Below, in pieces: positions 1 through 15,044 of a stretch of 64,000 nt of DNA. The DNA comes from Eledone cirrhosa (Eukaryota). The translations under genes were made by a program, and so were the position numbers. The stretch covers positions 75,454,001 to 75,518,000 of the forward strand of contig OZ024744.1 of the NCBI GenBank assembly GCA_964016885.1. Reading direction: 5' to 3'. Within the stretch, counting starts at the first letter, position 1. Each line of letters opens with the position of its first letter. The notes under the pieces are model-generated. The model saw nothing but the letters and a program-made list of their open reading frames with translations, was not told the DNA's origin and ran no database searches.

Positions 1-99
1 TTCAAACCATCCTTAAATTTTTGTTGAAAATGTCTGTTTTTTTTAAATGTATGCATATACTTGTGAAAATATCACGGCAAAATACATATAGACGTACAT

Positions 100-411
<312 letters not shown>

Positions 412-599
412 GCAGACATATAGAAGTTTGCATAGACAAATACGAACACCATAATTTTGACTGGATTTAAATATATTGTTAAATCAATGCATATAAGGAT
501 ATTCAGGCTTTAAATATAGCTAAACTTTCACTCCAAGCCCATATTTTCATACACGTACAGATACACATGAACATTCCTACTCACATACATACATACATT

Positions 600-639
<40 letters not shown>

Positions 640-846
640 GATAGATAGATAAATACATACATACTTACATACATATGTAAGTATCTACACAAACACACGC
701 ACGCGCACACTGACACACATGCGCATATATACATGGCTGACTAACTACACACGTGTTTTCCTCCAAAAAAAAATTTCTTTTTTTCTTTACTCTTGTCTAT
801 CTTTCTATTACTTCTATCTCTCCCTCTCTCGCTGCTTCTCATTCTA

Positions 847-882
847 TCTTCCGATGAAGAGCAAACGTCTGAAACGTTAAGA
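847..882 (+). ncRNA. Decayed minimal PLE-type hammerhead within a PLE 3'-end fragment (~720-920)
   Basis: tctt CCGATGA agagcaaacgtct GAAA cg TT aaga; stem I tctt/aaga. Confidence 0.5.
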
Positions 883-962
883 CGCTTTTCTTACTACTTC
901 AAGCGTTAAATACGCACGCTCACAAACATACATACACACACATTTATATATATATATATTTA

Positions 963-1047
<85 letters not shown>

Positions 1048-1274
1048 GGAGAGAGAGGGAGAGAGAGAAAGAGAGAGAGAGAGAGCTTTATATTACTCTT
1101 AGTTCTCCAACTTGAGCACTCGATGTGTAGGTGGGTCTGTTGAAGTCTAGTACTTGGTGTACACATTTGGTGTTAAACTATGGTCGGTTTCCCTCCTATG
1201 AAGAGTGTAATATTAAAATATGTAGGTGGTCAGAATATCATCATTAGTTTACTCAGGTGTGACGCGCGTTTCAC

Positions 1275-1467
1275 TATTGATCAGCTCAATGTTCGATGTG
1301 TATCGATCAGGCAGGACTCTGTAATCAAAAGCTCATCAGACTTTTGGTTAATTAATGATAGGAAATATCTGCGCACAGCTTTAAGAAAAAACATTTCACG
1401 TCTGATGAGCTTTTGATGACAGAGTCGGACCAGATTGATTACAGATCGAACCTTGAGCTGATCAATA
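1275..1467. mobile_element. Small MITE-like inverted repeat (~66-bp imperfect arms)
   Basis: tattgatcagctcaa..aaaagctcatcagac / gtctgatgagctttt..ttgagctgatcaata. Confidence 0.6.
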
Positions 1468-1549
1468 ACGATGATGATTCTCTGATACCTCATTGCTATA
1501 TATAGGACGCTGAATTTATATCAGCGATTTTCGTTACCTTTATAACATA

Positions 1550-2467
1550 CTAGCAGTGGTATCCGGCGTTGCACGGGATAAAGTATTTTGGAACGCGGGC
1601 CCCAACAGACCTAATCGTGGAAAAACTGCATGCCTGGACAATATGTAAAGAAAATATACCAAATACTCTGATGGCTGGATAATCTTTAAGATTTTCCTCG
1701 ATGAAGAAGGAAAAATGTAGGTTTTCACCTAATGCGGGCCCTAGGGGATCAAGAAAATTAATTTGTTTATGTGCATAATATGCCTTGAAATTTCAGGAAA
1801 ATCGGCTAGACGTAACGCCTCCAAAAAATCCAAAAAAAGCTGAAAAAATGAAGTTTTTCACCTAATGCCGGCCCTAGGCCATAAAAAGGTTGGATTTTCT
1901 TTGCTAACGGTATGAAGAAGAGACTGACTAATACATAGTTACAATTTCAAGGAAATCGGTCTGAGGTAACGCCTCAAAAATCCCCTAAAAATCTTTCAAA
2001 CGCAGTTTTCACCTAATATGGTCCCTAGGAGATCAGAATGTTGAATTGTATGCGCATAAGTAATACACATGTAAAGTTTCAAAAAGATCGGTTGGGTACT
2101 TCTCGAGTTTTAGGGATTCAAACTCACAGACACACACACACACACATACAGACATCCTCAGGGAAGTGACGTAATGCAGATATACAGACGTAAGCCAGAC
2201 ATACAGACAGATATTATAAGGGCGCGACGTTATATGTATGTATCTATCTAAAAAGAGAAAGACTAAGAAATATATAGAGAGATCGCTAAATCACCTAATG
2301 CGGTTCCCTAGGGCATTGAAAATTTGAAATTCTTTTTGCTCACAACCCTCCCTGAAACATAAGTATTACATGTGTAAAGTTTGAAAACTGTCGGTTGGGT
2401 GGTTCTCTAGTTTTAGGGATTCAAACTCACACACAGACAGACATCCTTAGTTTTATATATATATAGA
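1550..2467 (-). mobile_element. Non-autonomous Helitron, copy 1
   Basis: Minus strand starts TCTATATATATAAAACTAAG and ends with hairpin cccgtgcaacgccgga followed by CTAG. Inserted between A and T with no TSD. Confidence 0.85.
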
Positions 2468-3100
2468 TTATACTCCCAGCTGCGTTGATTTGAAACTCCT
2501 TTATAAGGTTAGACTTTTCAATATTTCTTGTTTATGTTTCCTAAAATTAAATTTTGAGTATTCAATGGTCGTCTTTGTATCACAAATGAGATTTTATTTG
2601 CTTGTATATATGTATATATGCATAAACTTCGTTACGTTGAGTGCTTCATTTTGGCGCGGATTTCTTTGTTTGAATTCAACCACCAAACTATTTTGTTTTA
2701 GTCTGCGAGAGATTCTTCCTCTTTTCATGAGAGGCGGAGTGAGGAATTCCCATGTACTGCTAGATAGCTTATCGAGTAGTGATGGCTAGTTCATATTCCA
2801 CGGACCTATCGTATGATTTGGGCAGTCTGGTGAAGACGTGTAATACCCCGATTACGTAAAAATCCGCTGATTTTACGTGATCTTCTAAACATTGCGGACG
2901 TGATAACTGCATTTGTCAAGTTATATTACACAGAAACGATCGCCCAGGAAATGAGATATTTATATCTATCTACTGTTAACTAAATGTGTTCACTCAGAAA
3001 AGTTGATTGCAAGTCCATTACTGCAATTTGCCAGATTCATTGAATAAGCTAGACGCTGACCGGAGAACGCTGAATTTACACCAGCGATCTTCGTTACTTT

Positions 3101-3165
<65 letters not shown>

Positions 3166-3729
3166 AGAAAAACCACAGACCCTCCATCTCAACTCTACTT
3201 TTGAAAAGCAGAAGAACTGCGAAACCGGTAAAGGAACCAAATAAATATATATATATTTTTTTTAAAAATAAGACTCCAGTTGCATTTTTGATTTCATCTT
3301 TTTTCTTTATACTTTCACTCGTGTAGGACACCTCCGTTATTTTTCATATTGTAAAAAAAACCTCACTTTCTAATATATATATATATATATATATTCAATA
3401 TAGGTAAAACTAAAGTTAATAAACAGGGGAAAATATTCTGGTATCTCTTTTTGAGCAAAAACAAATAAGATTGCTAATACTCGTATCATAACCAATTGGC
3501 CGTTAACAGATGTGTGCGTGTGTAAGTGTGTATGCAATGGTACTGCACTCATGGTATGTGTCATGATAACGCAGATACAGGATTCAAATCCTTGTAGGTA
3601 TCTCTTTCCAGTTTTTTTCTCCTCTTTATGTGTAAATTTTCCAATTTTCTTAACTAGTGATGGACTACTATTACAGTTATTTCCTGCGTTTGGGATTTTC
3701 AAATATGAAAATTTCTAAATTCGACACTC

Positions 3730-4220
3730 TCCCAGCACATCGATAATTTGAGGGCCACAGGAAAGTCAATTAAACCGACCCTAGTGGTACTTTATTTTAT
3801 TGAAGGATGAAAGCCAAAGTTAACCACGGTGGGATTTGAACTCAGAACGTAAAGGGCCGTAACTTAATGCCAAAAACATGTCCGATGCTCTACCGATACT
3901 GCCAATCCACCACCTTTATGATCATTTTTATAATAATTGTTTCTACTTTTGGCACAAGGCCAGCAATTAACCCAGTGTATTACTGGTACTTTATTTTATC
4001 GACCCCGTAAGGATGAAAGGCAAAGTCAACCTCGGCGGGATTTGAACTCAGATCGTAAAGGGACGTAATGCTGGAAAGCATGGCGTCCGACCCTCTACTG
4101 ATACTGCCAATCCACCCTCCTGATGTAATAATGATTTCTATCATAGACACAAGGCCAGCAATTTTGGAGGAAGAGAAAGTCGATTAAATCGACCCTAGTG
4201 CATTACTGGTGTTTATTTTA
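3730..4220 (-). mobile_element. Cluster of tRNA-derived SINE family 1 copies (2 near-full + 1 partial)
   Basis: Sense consensus ggtggattggcagtatcggtagag..gagttcaaatcccgccgaggttaactttgcctttcatccttacggggtcgataaaataaagtacc..tgtgccaaaagtagaaacaattatt, with A and B boxes. Confidence 0.85.
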
Positions 4221-4297
4221 TTGTTGAGTAAGAAACAAAATTTGTTTTTGCTCTTAACATGGTGGATACCTAAATCTATTCGTGAGTGAATATTAAT

Positions 4298-4466
4298 AAT
4301 TATTTCTACTTTAGGCACAAGGCCAGCAATTATCTCAGTGCATTACTGGTACTTTATTTCATCGACCCTGTAAGGCAAAGTTAACCTCGGCAGGATTTGA
4401 ACTCAGAGATCAGAAAGGGGCGTAACTCTGTGCTGCCAAGCCTGTTGTCCGACCCTCTACAGATAT
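4298..4466 (-). mobile_element. SINE family 1
   Basis: Matches the family 1 consensus. Confidence 0.85.
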
Positions 4467-4491
4467 AGTAATATTATAATAATATCATAAT

Positions 4492-4794
4492 GTGACGGCG
4501 CATGGTTTAGAGGGTAGAGCAATGGGCTTGCAATCGAAAGGTTGTGATTTCGATTCTCGGACGGGGTGATGCGTTGCTCCAGTTTACTCAGCTGTAGAAA
4601 TGAGTTGCAACGTCACTGATGCCAAGCTGTATCAGCCATTGCCTTTCCCTTCAACATCATCGGTCGCGTGGAGAGGTGAGGCTGGTATGTATGGGCGACT
4701 GCTGGTCTTCTTCAAAGACAACCTTGCCCGGACTTGTGCCTCGGGGGAAAACTTTCTAGGTGCAAATAACATGGTCATTCGAAGGGGGTCAACG
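4492..4794 (+). mobile_element. tRNA-derived SINE family 2, full length with 11-bp TSD
   Basis: A-box-like tggtttagagggt and B-box-like atttcgattctc; TSD aatatcataat at 4481-4491 and 4795-4805; 5' fragment of the same family at 5337-5445. Confidence 0.75.
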
Positions 4795-4810
4795 AATATC
4801 ATAATATTAT

Positions 4811-4992
4811 TTGGCAGTATAGGTAGAGGGTCGGACGCCATGCTTTGACGCATAGAGTTACGGCCTTGCCATTCTGAGTTCAAATCCCGCCGAGGTTAAC
4901 TTTGCCTTTCATTCTTACGGGGTCGATGAAATAAAGTACCAGTAATGCAATGGGTAATTGCTGGCCTTGCACCAAAAGTAGAAACAATTATT
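4811..4992 (+). mobile_element. SINE family 1
   Basis: Matches the family 1 consensus. Confidence 0.88.
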
Positions 4993-5731
4993 AATATTCG
5001 GTTTGTTTGCAAGCAAACAGCCTCACAAACACAATGTGTGTTCCCTTAAAATTGCTCGGTATGCAAATGAGGCTAATCAGCCGGTGTATGTATTTGAGAA
5101 TGCTATGTATTGTCAGCAGTTCCAGCGGGTAGCAGTGACGAGAATACATAGACTCGATAGAGAGCAAAAAGTCCGAAACAATTGTCAATTGCTTTCTTTC
5201 CATCGCTGGAACAAAAGGATGAAGCTGGTCATCTGGAAAATACACATGGTATTTTATTGAGGCTGTTTACTTGCAAACACACCGAATATTAATAATATTA
5301 TGATATTATTATAATATTATTATTATTCACTCACGAAGGCGCGTGCTAAGAGAATTAGATTCGCAATCGTGAGGGTGTGAGTTCGATTCTCGGACAGGGC
5401 GTCAATAAATTGTCTTGAGCAAGACAATTTATTTCACGTTGCTCTCTCTGCCTGAATTTGCGATCGCTAGATAGCATTAGCAATTGGAAAGACCAATAGA
5501 AACATTGTTTCCTCGGTCCCATTTGATATGGTCTTGGATCTTGTCGATTGACTTCTTCTTCTTCTTCTTCTTCTTCTTCATATACATGTAATAGTAAGAA
5601 TTATTACCATCGCCACATTAACAATACCTACAGTCACAAAAACCAAATCTAGTAACTAACAACTATAACCATCATTGCTGTCCATAACTGCTCCACGACC
5701 ACCTTCACCCCCCCCCCCCCAACCATCAATA

Positions 5732-6110
5732 ATAACTATTTCTACTTTTGGCACAAGGCCGGCAATTATCCTAGTGTATTACTGGTACTTTATTTTATCG
5801 ACCCCGTAAGGATGAAACGCAAAGTTAACCTCGGCGGGATTTGAACTCTGACCATAAAGGGCCGTAACCCTTTGCTGCAAAGCATGGCGTCCGACCGTCT
5901 ACCGATACTGCCAATCCACCCACCATCATTAATGGTTTCTTATATAGGCACAAGGCAAGCAATTTGGGGGGAAGAGAAAAGTCGATGAAATTGATCCCAG
6001 TGCGTGACTAGTACTTTATTTTATCGACCCTGTAAGGATGAAAGGCAAAGTTAACCTCGGCGGGATTTGAACTCAGATCATAAAGGGTCGTTACTCTATG
6101 ACCCACCCAC
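5732..6110 (-). mobile_element. Two tandem SINE family 1 copies
   Basis: Match the family 1 consensus. Confidence 0.85.
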
Positions 6111-6229
6111 CATCAATAATAACACCAAGACACTGCCTCCTCCAATGCACCCACTTTCATCGACACCACCAACTTTGTTACTACCACCTCCCACTACTAC
6201 TACCATCACCGCAACAAAAACAAGAACAA

Positions 6230-8392
<2,163 letters not shown>

Positions 8393-8659
8393 GCTTTTAG
8401 TGATTGAGCTATTTCTGTTGATGATGTGATGCGATGTTTGTTGTGATGATTTATTTGGTTGTTCCCTGTGTTTGTTGTTAGAAGAACAGAATTGTTACCC
8501 CCCTAGATGTTTAGCGCCAGTTTAACCATTCATGATTCCAGCAGACCTATGATCAAATATGTTTCACCCATGACCACCCTGTCTGCTTGTAATTAATATC
8601 TTAAAGCCCATTGTTCAAAGTATTCTTCCCCCTTTTTTAAAGAAGGTAATATTTATTTA

Positions 8660-8860
8660 TTTTGTTAATTGAGAAGAAAGAATGGAATGTAAAATAATAA
8701 AATATTTTTTAAAAAACCGAAAAGGGAGGGAAAGGCAAGGGCTCTAGTGTCACAGAAGAATGAGGAGAGAGGATGGGGAGGGTTATTGGGCTCTGGGCCC
8801 AGGGTGTGGTGGTAATGGGACTGCGCCCCGCGGACAGGACTGCAAAAGCACTCCCACGGA
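8660..8860 (-). mobile_element. CRE-like extreme 3' end/3'UTR
   Basis: RGSAFAVLSAGR C-terminus; closely matches 37915-38102. Confidence 0.6.
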
Positions 8861-9374
8861 AATTAAACAATAATTTCATGCAGGTCTTGTAGAGTCCCTC
8901 TACCTTCTCGTTGTATTGGATCGTGTTGTTACTGGAGTTCCTATCATTGGTAATGGCGCTACATTTGAAGTGGGAGGGGATTAATTTGTTTTCTGGGTGG
9001 ACTAGTGGGAGTCCGGCTCTTCCGTGCTCACACCTGGTGTGCAGCGTCAATTGTCGTAGGGAGGTAGTGGTTTGTACTCAGCGATGGTTTCTAGAACCTT
9101 GTGTTTGCGATTTCTGTATGTACTTTGAAGATATGATGTCTCTATACTTGTAGATGAGTATAATTTGTTATGAAAGTAAGAGGAGTGGACTGGCAGAGTC
9201 ATCGTTACAGCGTCAGACATTATATACAACACAGGTTCTCAAATTTTTGGGGCCACATCCCCACTCACGACCACCTACTACCCTCAGCATCCCCCAATCC
9301 TATTTCCAGAGAGACCTGCCTATACGCAAATTATAAATAATATATAATAAATAAAATCGTTAATTTATATATAA

Positions 9375-9945
9375 CTAGCAGTGGTACCCGGCGTTGCACG
9401 GGATAAGGTATTGTGAAATATATAACCGCCTTAGATAAACTTATTATTGCCACAACCACGGCTGGCAAAGAAGTAAGGGTCTGGTGGTACGTAAGTAAGC
9501 AACACTGTGGCTTAAAACGTGAGGAAGAAGTTGTGTGCACTTACCAACTGTTTAGGGAATGAGTGTGAGATTTGTCTTGAGCAAGGGTGGCAAAATAACC
9601 GGAGGCAGCAGACAGCCAACCATACAGACAGATATTATAAGGGAGCGTTCTGGACGCAGAGCGAATTGTAGGAAGTGACGTAATGCAGACAGCCAGACAT
9701 ATAGACAGATATTATAAGGGCGCGACGTTATATGTATGTATCTATCTAAAAAGAGAAAGACTAAGAATTATAGAGAGAGATCGCTAAATCGGTCCCTAGG
9801 GCATTGAAAAATTGAAATTCTTTTTGCTCAGAACACTCTCTGAAACATAAGTATTACATGTGTAAAGTTTGAAAACTGTCGGTTGGGTGGTTCTCTAGTT
9901 TTAGGGATTCAAACTCACAGACATCCTTAGTTTTATATATATAGA
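9375..9945 (-). mobile_element. Non-autonomous Helitron, copy 2
   Basis: Same termini as copy 1. The empty site aatttatatataa|taaataat is visible in the uninterrupted host MITE at 14836-14856. Confidence 0.88.
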
Positions 9946-9949
9946 TAAA

Positions 9950-10107
9950 TAATTGTTTCTACTTTTGGCACAAGGCCAGCGATTACCAGTGCATTACAGG
10001 TACTTTATTTAATCGACCCCAGCGGGATTTGAACTCAGAATGGCAAAGGCCGTAACTCTATGCGTTAAAGGATGGCGTCCGACCCTCTACCTATACTGCC
10101 AATCCAA
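9950..10107 (-). mobile_element. SINE family 1 (internally deleted) inside the hAT MITE
   Basis: Matches the consensus; absent from the 14708 MITE copy. Confidence 0.85.
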
Positions 10108-10467
10108 ATAATATAATATATACTATGTATAAAGAAATATATATTTTGTTTTATTTTACTATATTTATATATAATATATATCATTTGATATTTAATATAC
10201 TATTATATCATCTCTACCACCCCCTTTACTGTTACAAGCCCCCCCCCCCCCCCCCCCATCGTGTGGGAGGCCCACTTTGAGAACCTCTGCTATATAGTGT
10301 TATTTATTTAAGACCTTTTACAAACCGAAACCAAATTTATTTTTCATCATTCAAGGTTCAATAAAATAAACTATCAGACATGTATGGTGTTCGAATTAAT
10401 TAACTATAATCTCCTGCCAAATTAGTGGCTCATTTAAAAATCAGTTTTACAGTGAGTCTATCGTATC

Positions 10468-10760
10468 TTCTTCTCTTCTTCACTCACTTATTGCTGAGAG
10501 GGTCGTGAGGCAGAGTCCCCAAACACTCATTCCAACGGGCCCCGTCAGAAGCAAGTCTGTAACTGATCCAGTTGGATGCCCAAGAGTGACCAGCCTAGCT
10601 CATGGATGTTATCCAACGATCTTGCTCGGAGTTTACCCCCTGGGTCTCCTACCTGTTGGTTTTGCTCGTACAATCTGTCCAGGGATTTTTCCTGAGACAT
10701 TCTAACGACATGCCCATAGTATTGGCGCTGTGATTTCTCAATTCGATAGCCGAGTCTATC
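10468..10760 (-). mobile_element. Probable RTE-like LINE 3' remnant
   Basis: Minus-strand AKPTGRRPRG motif and a (GAA)-like tail. Confidence 0.4.
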
Positions 10761-10939
10761 CTATGCAACATTAAATAATGTAGTATTGTTCTGGGCTTAT
10801 TTAAATGTGATTGGAGATGATTGAACATCTAATGACCGAAAGGATGTCATAGAAGCTCGCTTGTTGCAACTTAACAAACTGGCCTTTTGTTTGTAATTGC
10901 TTTCTTTTTTCTATTTTTATTATGTAGTTAGTGTAAGGA

Positions 10940-11130
10940 TGGTGGATTGGCAGTATCGGTAGAGCGTCAGATAACATACTTGGTTGCATATAGTTACGGC
11001 CCTTTACGTTCTCAGTTCAAATCCCGCCGAGGTTACCTTTGCCTTTCATCCTTACGAGGTCGATAAAATAAAGTACCAGTAATGCACTGGGGTAATTGCT
11101 GGCCTTGTGCCAAAAGTAGAAACAATTATT
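10940..11130 (+). mobile_element. SINE family 1
   Basis: Matches the family 1 consensus. Confidence 0.85.
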
Positions 11131-12168
11131 GCAACAATGATATGCCATGTTGTCGTAGTGGTTGTTCTTTTAATGTTATTGTTGTAGCAATGTTTGTTGG
11201 TTTTGTTTTTACTGTTGTAGCTTAGCCCCAGGTAAGCCCAAACTAAGTAGACCAATGATCAAAAGCATTCCAGCCATGCTCGTCGCTCCGGTCCTTGCGT
11301 TTGAGAAACTCAGAACCAAATTATTCATTGCTAATATTTTTAAGACAGTGAGATGTAATTTGAGGGTGATTTTGCATCCTCTATTTTTATCATACAGAGT
11401 GACCACGTAGAGATGCCCGCAAAACTGGTTGTTTGTATCATCGGTCTTGTCGGTTTTGTTTTTATTGTAACAAAGATTGTTGTTGTTGTTGTTGTTGTTG
11501 TTGACGACGTAGTGTTTGCGGAGACATCAGTAGTGCTAGTTGTAGTGGTTTCCGTTTTGATGTTGATGTTGGTGTTGGCGTTGGTAATGGTAATTATGGT
11601 GTTAAAATTAATACTATTGATATCAGAAAATCATCTACACTGGGAATTACCAGTGATTTTCAGGCAAAACTACCCGCTTATGTGTCCCGCATGTTCTTCA
11701 CTTCCTAAAACTTCTTATCAGAACATTCTATCATAGCATGTGTCCAATGATTTCGCACCAATTATTCATACTTTCAAATCTGCTGTATCCCAAATTTTTA
11801 GAATGTTTCTCAAATTGCTCAATTCCTTTCCAGATGATAACGGTACCTAATTCCTTCCGAAACACCTCCCACAACAAAGACAATCTCTAAGTAAAGAAAC
11901 GTTGGTAGTTATCAATAGGAATATAAAACATAATTCTATTCAGCAACAAACAGACATTTAAAAAATTAGTCTTAGCCAATTCTTGAAAAGTATACTGGTA
12001 AAATTTTCACATTTTCTAAAAATACCGATGAAATTTCGTGGAGATCTAAACTTTATAATATAGTTATTCTTATGCTTCTGCAAAACAGGGCATTTTTACT
12101 AACATACGAGGTCTTTTACAAGAAACGCTAACTTTGATGTACTGCTCACTAATGAAAAAATGGCTATG

Positions 12169-12169
<1 letters not shown>

Positions 12170-12265
<96 letters not shown>

Positions 12266-12533
12266 AACACATACACACGCACACATATACTCAGACTTAC
12301 ACGCACATATTCAGACACATACATACTTACACATACACGCACACATACACGCGCACTGTATATTTTTCTCTGTCCACCTCCTACTCACTCACACACACTT
12401 GCACACATATACACAATGGATGCAAAAAAGTGGTGTGAAAATGTTCATCTCTAAGTAAAACTATCTTTATTAGCAACTACTTATGTATCAAATTAGACAT
12501 TCTCTCACCCTCCTTCCCTTACTCTTTTTTCTA

Positions 12534-12622
<89 letters not shown>

Positions 12623-12660
12623 CTCTCTCTCTCTCTCTCTTTCACACACAGATACACACA
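12170..12660. repeat. (CA)n and (CT)n microsatellites
   Basis: Direct reading. Confidence 0.95.
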
Positions 12661-12939
12661 CACTGTGCTTTGGCTTGTTTCACCCTGTCACCCCGGGTGG
12701 ACCAGAAGTACCATTGTTAGGTGTCGAAACTACCCAAGTCCATCTCAATGTATTTGTATGTAGTCGACTGTTGATTTTTGTAGGCTTTGAAGTGGGAACT
12801 GCTGAAAAAAGCTATGTCCGTCATCCCACATAGTCAAATGATCCCAACAACCTGGGTTTGAAGTTCAATTAGTTCTTAAATGTTTTCCAGTTAATGTTAA
12901 TCACTTGTTTGCTGCGTAAGATTTGCTTTTTAAATCTTT

Positions 12940-13350
12940 ATTTATTATTGACATAAGTAACGTTACAAATGTTCACAAAATTGGATTAAAAACCGTTGAT
13001 GATTACATATATATGAAAAAGAAAGATAAAAGCAGAATTAAGTAATGAGAAAATGGGGAAGGGGTAAAGAAGGGCAGATCTGGCTGTATAGGAATGTAGA
13101 AAAGCAATACATGAGATGAGAGGAAAAGGAGGGGAGAAAGCATGGACTTCTAGAGCCACAAAAGAAAAGGAGGGGGAGAGGAGAGGGTGATGGCTTCTGG
13201 GCCTCAGGCGCAGTGGTGTTGGGGCTGTGCTCCACGGACAAATCTGTAAAAGCATTTCAGCGACACCCGCTACATCAGCCACCCCACCTCACGTGGCTCC
13301 TTCTTCAGACGAGCTCAGCAATGTAGGGTTCGAAGCCAGCTGGGGTCGCG
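12940..13350 (-). mobile_element. CRE-like 3' end, diverged
   Basis: Similar layout to 8660-8860 and 50640-50850 (aaaagcat..; EPREVGWL motif). Confidence 0.5.
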
Positions 13351-13709
13351 ACAATGACTTCTATAATTGATAAAACGTCAGATAAAATGCCATTGAGATA
13401 TTTGATTTCGGATCTTTACATTCTAAGTTCATATCAAGCAAAGGTCAACTTAGCCTTTTATGCTCCCGGGGTCGATAAAATAAAGTACCAGTCAAATATT
13501 TGGGGTAATCTAAACAACTTTACCCTTCTCTCAAAATTGCTAGCCTTGTATCTAATTTATAAATCAATATTAAAAACAGAAAGTTGGTAAATTTTATTTA
13601 TTTACTCTGATGAAAGTAAGTAAATATACAAGGGTGTTTATATGTATGTGCGTACATATGTGTATGTATTTATGTGTGTATGTAATTATGTTTACATGTG
13701 GCTTTCAAC

Positions 13710-14500
13710 CTACGTCGTCCGTCACATCGGCGTTTTCCTGAAGCTCGGCCTCCGGATCTGCCAGCCACACCCATATCGCTGCGGTTCCACCGTGGACTCT
13801 TTCGGCTTCCACCCGCTTTCCTGTCGCAACAGTGCCGGCCGCATTCCACGCCATGCTGCCCTCAACGATGTCATTAAGCATGGCTTGGATGCTGCAGGCT
13901 TCCCTTCCCAGCTCGAGCCGGTGGGGATGGATCGAGGGGACGGCAAAAGGCGAGATGGCATGACCATCTTCGCGTTCCGCGGTGGCAAACCCGTCGTCTG
14001 GGATGCCACTTGCACTGACACTTTCTGCAGCCGCAACCTGGTGCAGTCTGCGACTGACCCAGGTTCTGCTGCACGTCGGGCTGAGGGGGACAAACTCCTC
14101 AAATATCGGTCGCTCTCCGACAGGTTTGTGGTCGTACCCCTGGCAGTGGAGACTTCTGGTGTCCTCGGCCCCAGGGCTACCTCCTTACTCACCACCATAG
14201 GCGCTGAGCTGGCCAGCCGCAGGTGTGAGCCAAACGAGTTGGAGTGGCTCTTCCTCGCGTGTCTCCTTCGCCGTCCTTCGGGGAAACGCCTTCTCCATTC
14301 TGTCCGCCGGGGCTGTGGTTGCGCCCCATCGCGTATCGTTGTAGTTGTTGTAGAAGAAACAGGAAGACAACAACTGGAAAGTTTGATTTTCTAGAACTTG
14401 ATGTTTGCTTAGTATTTTCCCTTCTATTTGTGATTGTTTCATGCGTTGTACATACTTACTTCCTCGCCCCCCTCCTTTCCTCTCCATTATATTTTAACTT
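13710..14500 (+). mobile_element. CRE-like RLE non-LTR retrotransposon 3' fragment
   Basis: LGLRICQPHPYRCG..HPLSC..RHAALND..LEP..DGKRRDG..WDATC.DT..PLAVETSG; abrupt rise in GC content. Confidence 0.8.
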
Positions 14501-14707
14501 GTCAACTTAATTGCACATTTTTTCCTCGTTGTTTGAAAGCTGTATTGATAGCATCCTGTCTAACTTTTTGACCCTTAACCTTCATTCACCTCACCTACTT
14601 GGCTTCACACCTACTTCTTGCCAATCCCTTTCTCAGCGAAGCCTGTCTCTCAGCTTTGTCTTTTTGTCTTGTTTTGTTTGTCTCAGACAAAATTTCGTAT
14701 GCTAGAC

Positions 14708-15044
14708 TAGAGGTTCTCAAAGTTTTGGGGCTACCACCACCATCACAGCCATGTATACCACCCCACACCAGCTCTATTCCCAGAGAGACCTGCCTACGTG
14801 CAAATTGTAAATAATATATAATAAATAAAATCGTTAATTTATATATAATAAATAATATAATATATACTATGTATAAATAAATACTTATATTTTTCTTTAT
14901 TTTACTATATATTTATAATATGTATCATTTGATATTTAATATGCTATTATATCATCTCTACCGCCTCCTTAGGCCCCAGTGCCCCTCCCTGAACCTTCTC
15001 AACGAACCCCAGAGGGGCGGTAGCGCCCACTGTAAGAACATCTC
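14708..15044. mobile_element. hAT(Charlie)-like MITE, uninterrupted
   Basis: TIRs tagaggttctcaaa / tgtaagaacatctc; 8-bp TSD tgctagac / ttctagac. Confidence 0.75.

Larger units (their letters stand above)
4279..5336. mobile_element. Foldback/MITE with ~80-bp TIRs; left TIR split by three SINE insertions
   Basis: The right arm 5257-5336 reverse-complements the joined pieces 4279-4300 + 4470-4491 + 4806-4811 + 4993-5025. Confidence 0.7.
9230..10289. mobile_element. hAT(Charlie)-like MITE interrupted by a Helitron and a SINE
   Basis: TIRs cacaggttctcaaa / tttgagaacctctg; body matches 14708-15044. Confidence 0.75.

Noticed and set aside
4492-4570. tRNA genes at SINE heads
   Set aside because: A and B boxes are present, but no complete cloverleaf forms and each head continues into a SINE body.
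9222-10297. 8-bp TSD for the first hAT-like MITE
   Set aside because: The flanks atatacaa / ctatatag do not match, so a TSD is claimed only for the 14708 copy.
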